64,000 bases of DNA from Octopus sinensis (Eukaryota): positions 1-64,000 of the forward strand of contig NW_021835999.1 of the NCBI RefSeq assembly GCF_006345805.1, read 5' to 3'. Every line of letters begins with the position of its first letter. Within the stretch, counting starts at the first letter, position 1. This document shows positions 61,312 through 64,000 of this stretch, piece by piece. The position numbers and the translations under genes were made by a program. A model generated the notes under the pieces. It was given only the letters and a program-made list of their open reading frames with translations, was not told the DNA's origin and made no database searches.

Positions 61312-64000
61312 TCTTAATAATAAAATGGTATGGTGTGTGTCTGTCTGTCTGTCTGTCTGTCTGTGTGTCTGTGTGTGCACACCAACTTCAAATTGGCAAT
61401 ACGATGTCCTCGACTTACATGATGAGGTCCTTAAAACCTTCCCCCCAAAAAAATTAAAAAAAAATTTTCTGCATTTTGGTTAAAATGAACAACTACAATG
61501 TCCTCGACTTACATGATGAGGTCCTTAAAACCTTCCCCCCCAAAAAAAATTAAAAAAAAATTTTCTGCATTTTGGTTAAAATGAACAACTACAATGTCCT
61601 CGACTTACATGATGAAGTCCTTAAAACCTTCCCCCCAAAAAAAATTAAAAAAAAATTTTCTGCATTTTGGATAAAATGAACAACTACGATGTCCTCGACT
61701 TACATGATGAGGTCCTTAAAACCTTCCCGCCAAAAAAAATTAAAAAAAATTTTCTGCATTTTGGTTAAAATGAACAACTACAATGTCCTCGACTTACATG
61801 ATGAAGTCCTTAAAACCTTCCCCCCAAAAAAATTAAAAAAATTTTCTGCATTTTGGTTAAAATGAACAACTACAATGTCCCCGACTTACATGATGAAGTC
61901 CTTAAAACCTTCCCCCCAAAAAAAATTAAAAAAAAATTTTCTGCATTTTGGTTAAAATGAACAACTACAATGTCCTCGACTTACATGATGAAGTCCTTAA
62001 AACCTTCCCCCAAAAAAATTAAAAAAAAATTTTCTGCATTTTGGTTAAAATGAACAACTACAATGTCCTCGACTTACATGATGAAGTCCTTAAAACCTTC
62101 CCCCCAAAAAATTAAAAAAAATTTTCTGCATTTTGGTTAAAATGAACAACTACAATGTCCTCGACTTACATGATGAAGTCCTTAAAACCTTCCCCCCAAA
62201 AAAAATTAAAAAAAAATTTTCTGCATTTTGGTTAAAATGAACAACTACAATGTCCTCGACTTACATGATGAAGTCCTTAAAACCTTCCCCCCAAACAAAT
62301 TAAAAAAAAATTTTCTGCATTTTGGTTAAAATGAACAACTACAATGTCCTCGACTTACATGATGAAGTCCTTAAAACCTTCCCCCCAAAAAAAATTAAAA
62401 AAAAATTTTCTGCATTTTGGTTAAAATGAACAACTACAATGTCCTCGACTTACAAGATGAAGTCCTTAAAACCTTCCCCCCAAAAAAAATTAAAAAAAAA
62501 TTTTCTGCATTTTGGTTAAAATGAACAACTACAATGTCCTCGACTTACATGATGAAGTCCTTAAAACCTTTCCCCCAAAAATCAAAAATTATTTTCTGCA
62601 TTTTGATTAAAATTAACAACGCGAATGTCCTCGACATTTATGATGAGGTCCATTAAAACCTTCAAGGCAAAATCTCACGTATTAAGAATATCCTTGATGA
62701 AAACGACAGCGAGAATATTAACAATGATGAACTCCCAATTATTCGCGATAAAGAAATTCAATTCATCCTATGTTTTTCTCTTTAAAATTAAATGCATATA
62801 TCATTATCGACCATGAATCAAAATTAAAGCTATTATCATATTTGACTTTGACAGAAATTTTTTTTTATTTTTTTGGGGGGAAGGTTTTAAGGACCTCATC
62901 ATGTAAGTCGAGGACATCGTATTGCCAATTTGAAGTTGGTGTGCACACACAGACAGACAGACAGACAGACACACAGACAGACACACAGACAGACAGACAG
63001 ACAGACACACACCATACCATTTTATTATTAAGATTTACTTGAGTTTTTCGTAAAGATAGAATTTATTTTCGGTATGCCTCTTTTCCTAAACTTTTTTATT
63101 ATTCAAAAATAATTTTTTAAATAGATAACCGAAGGAGGAAAAACGAAGCTGAAGAAAAAACGGTCAGCTTAATAAGGTAATTAATTAAATCTTTTTTGTG
63201 TGTCGCTTTTTTGTGTGTCGCTTTCTTGCCTGCCGAATTTCCGCCTGCCGCATCTCCCCCTGCCCCATTTCCGCCAGTAAAAAACAAAAAAATAAAAAAA
63301 GAAAAAAAGGAAATTACAAAGGAAAAATGAAAAAATTAAATATAAAAAAAATAAACCACAAAAAATGAAAAAAAAAGTTTGCAATGACAATAAACAAGGC
63401 CCAGGGACAGTCATTAAAGGTAGTTGGGTTATTTTTAGAGAGTGAGTGCTTTTCACATGGACAGCTGTATGTGGGATGCTCGAGGGTAGGCAGAAGAGAA
63501 AATTTATTCATATATGCCACGGACGACAAACATCGTTTATCAACAGCCGATAGAATAGGGTTACATTAAACCAGGTAGTTTTATACATCTACATAAACTT
63601 ATAGTTGTTTGATGAAACAGGCCCTCCGCAGGAGCTAGGTCGCGGTGAGCGAAGCGAGCTGCCGAGCTAGTAGTTAATATTTTTACGCAAATTCTTCTGA
63701 TTGCGCTGTCAATTGGTGGTAAATTGTGTTAATGGTTGTGCTAATGTGGTTTCAACTATCAAAGTGTTTTTCAAAATCTGTTAATTGCACACTCTATTCA
63801 AGGTCGTGCGTCAATTGGTGGTAAATTGTGTTAATGATTGTGCTAATGTGGTTTCAACTATCAAAGTGGTTTTTCAAAATCTGTTAATTGCACACTCTAT
63901 TCAAAGTCGTGCAATCTGTGATTGCACATTCTGTCAAAGTCAAATATGATAATAGCTTTAATTTTGATTCATGGTCGATAATGATATATGCATTTAATTT
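61312..64000. mobile_element. Rearranged Helitron cluster (forward 5' part, inverted 5' end, 3' part to CTAG 63670, inverted internal part running off the window)
   Basis: Segments nearly identical to 27244-30261 in both orientations; Pif1 fragment [11 protein letters not shown] at 63384. Confidence 0.9.
61400..62660. repeat. ~94-bp satellite (variant 2), ~14 copies
   Basis: Same unit as 27315-28200. Confidence 0.96.

Overview
AT-rich eukaryotic (animal) nuclear DNA; nothing here is prokaryotic. Compact host genes are split by many tiny introns (about 22-30 nt, almost all GT-AG). They are a CPVL-like serine carboxypeptidase, a minimal ANKZF1/Vms1, PI4KA, a Rab GTPase, an innexin, GRAMD1/Aster, DERA, an ANKRD26-like gene, NDUFA10, an SLC36-like transporter, an ERCC1 pseudogene and tRNA-Ile(AAT). 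Innexin plus ~25-nt introns suggests a highly reduced parasite such as a dicyemid mesozoan (inference). About half the window is nested mobile DNA: Buster-type hATs, Tc1, Tigger/pogo, Merlin, a TGT..ACA TIR element carrying telomere-like repeats, CRE-clade and other non-LTR retrotransposons, and a non-autonomous Helitron family with ~94-bp satellite arrays. The most notable observations are: (1) the satellite monomer appears to be an amplified piece of the Helitron's own Pif1 helicase coding sequence; (2) a Helitron self-insertion/inversion structure; (3) a twin-priming-type inverted CRE insertion with a 14-bp TSD; (4) one target sequence hit twice by LINEs inside the telomere-repeat element; (5) stop-free 24-nt introns in the PI4KA kinase domain. 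Homopolymer indels suggest an error-prone long-read consensus. All calls are by eye and exon boundaries are approximate. I cannot demonstrate a clearly new enzymatic system from sequence alone.
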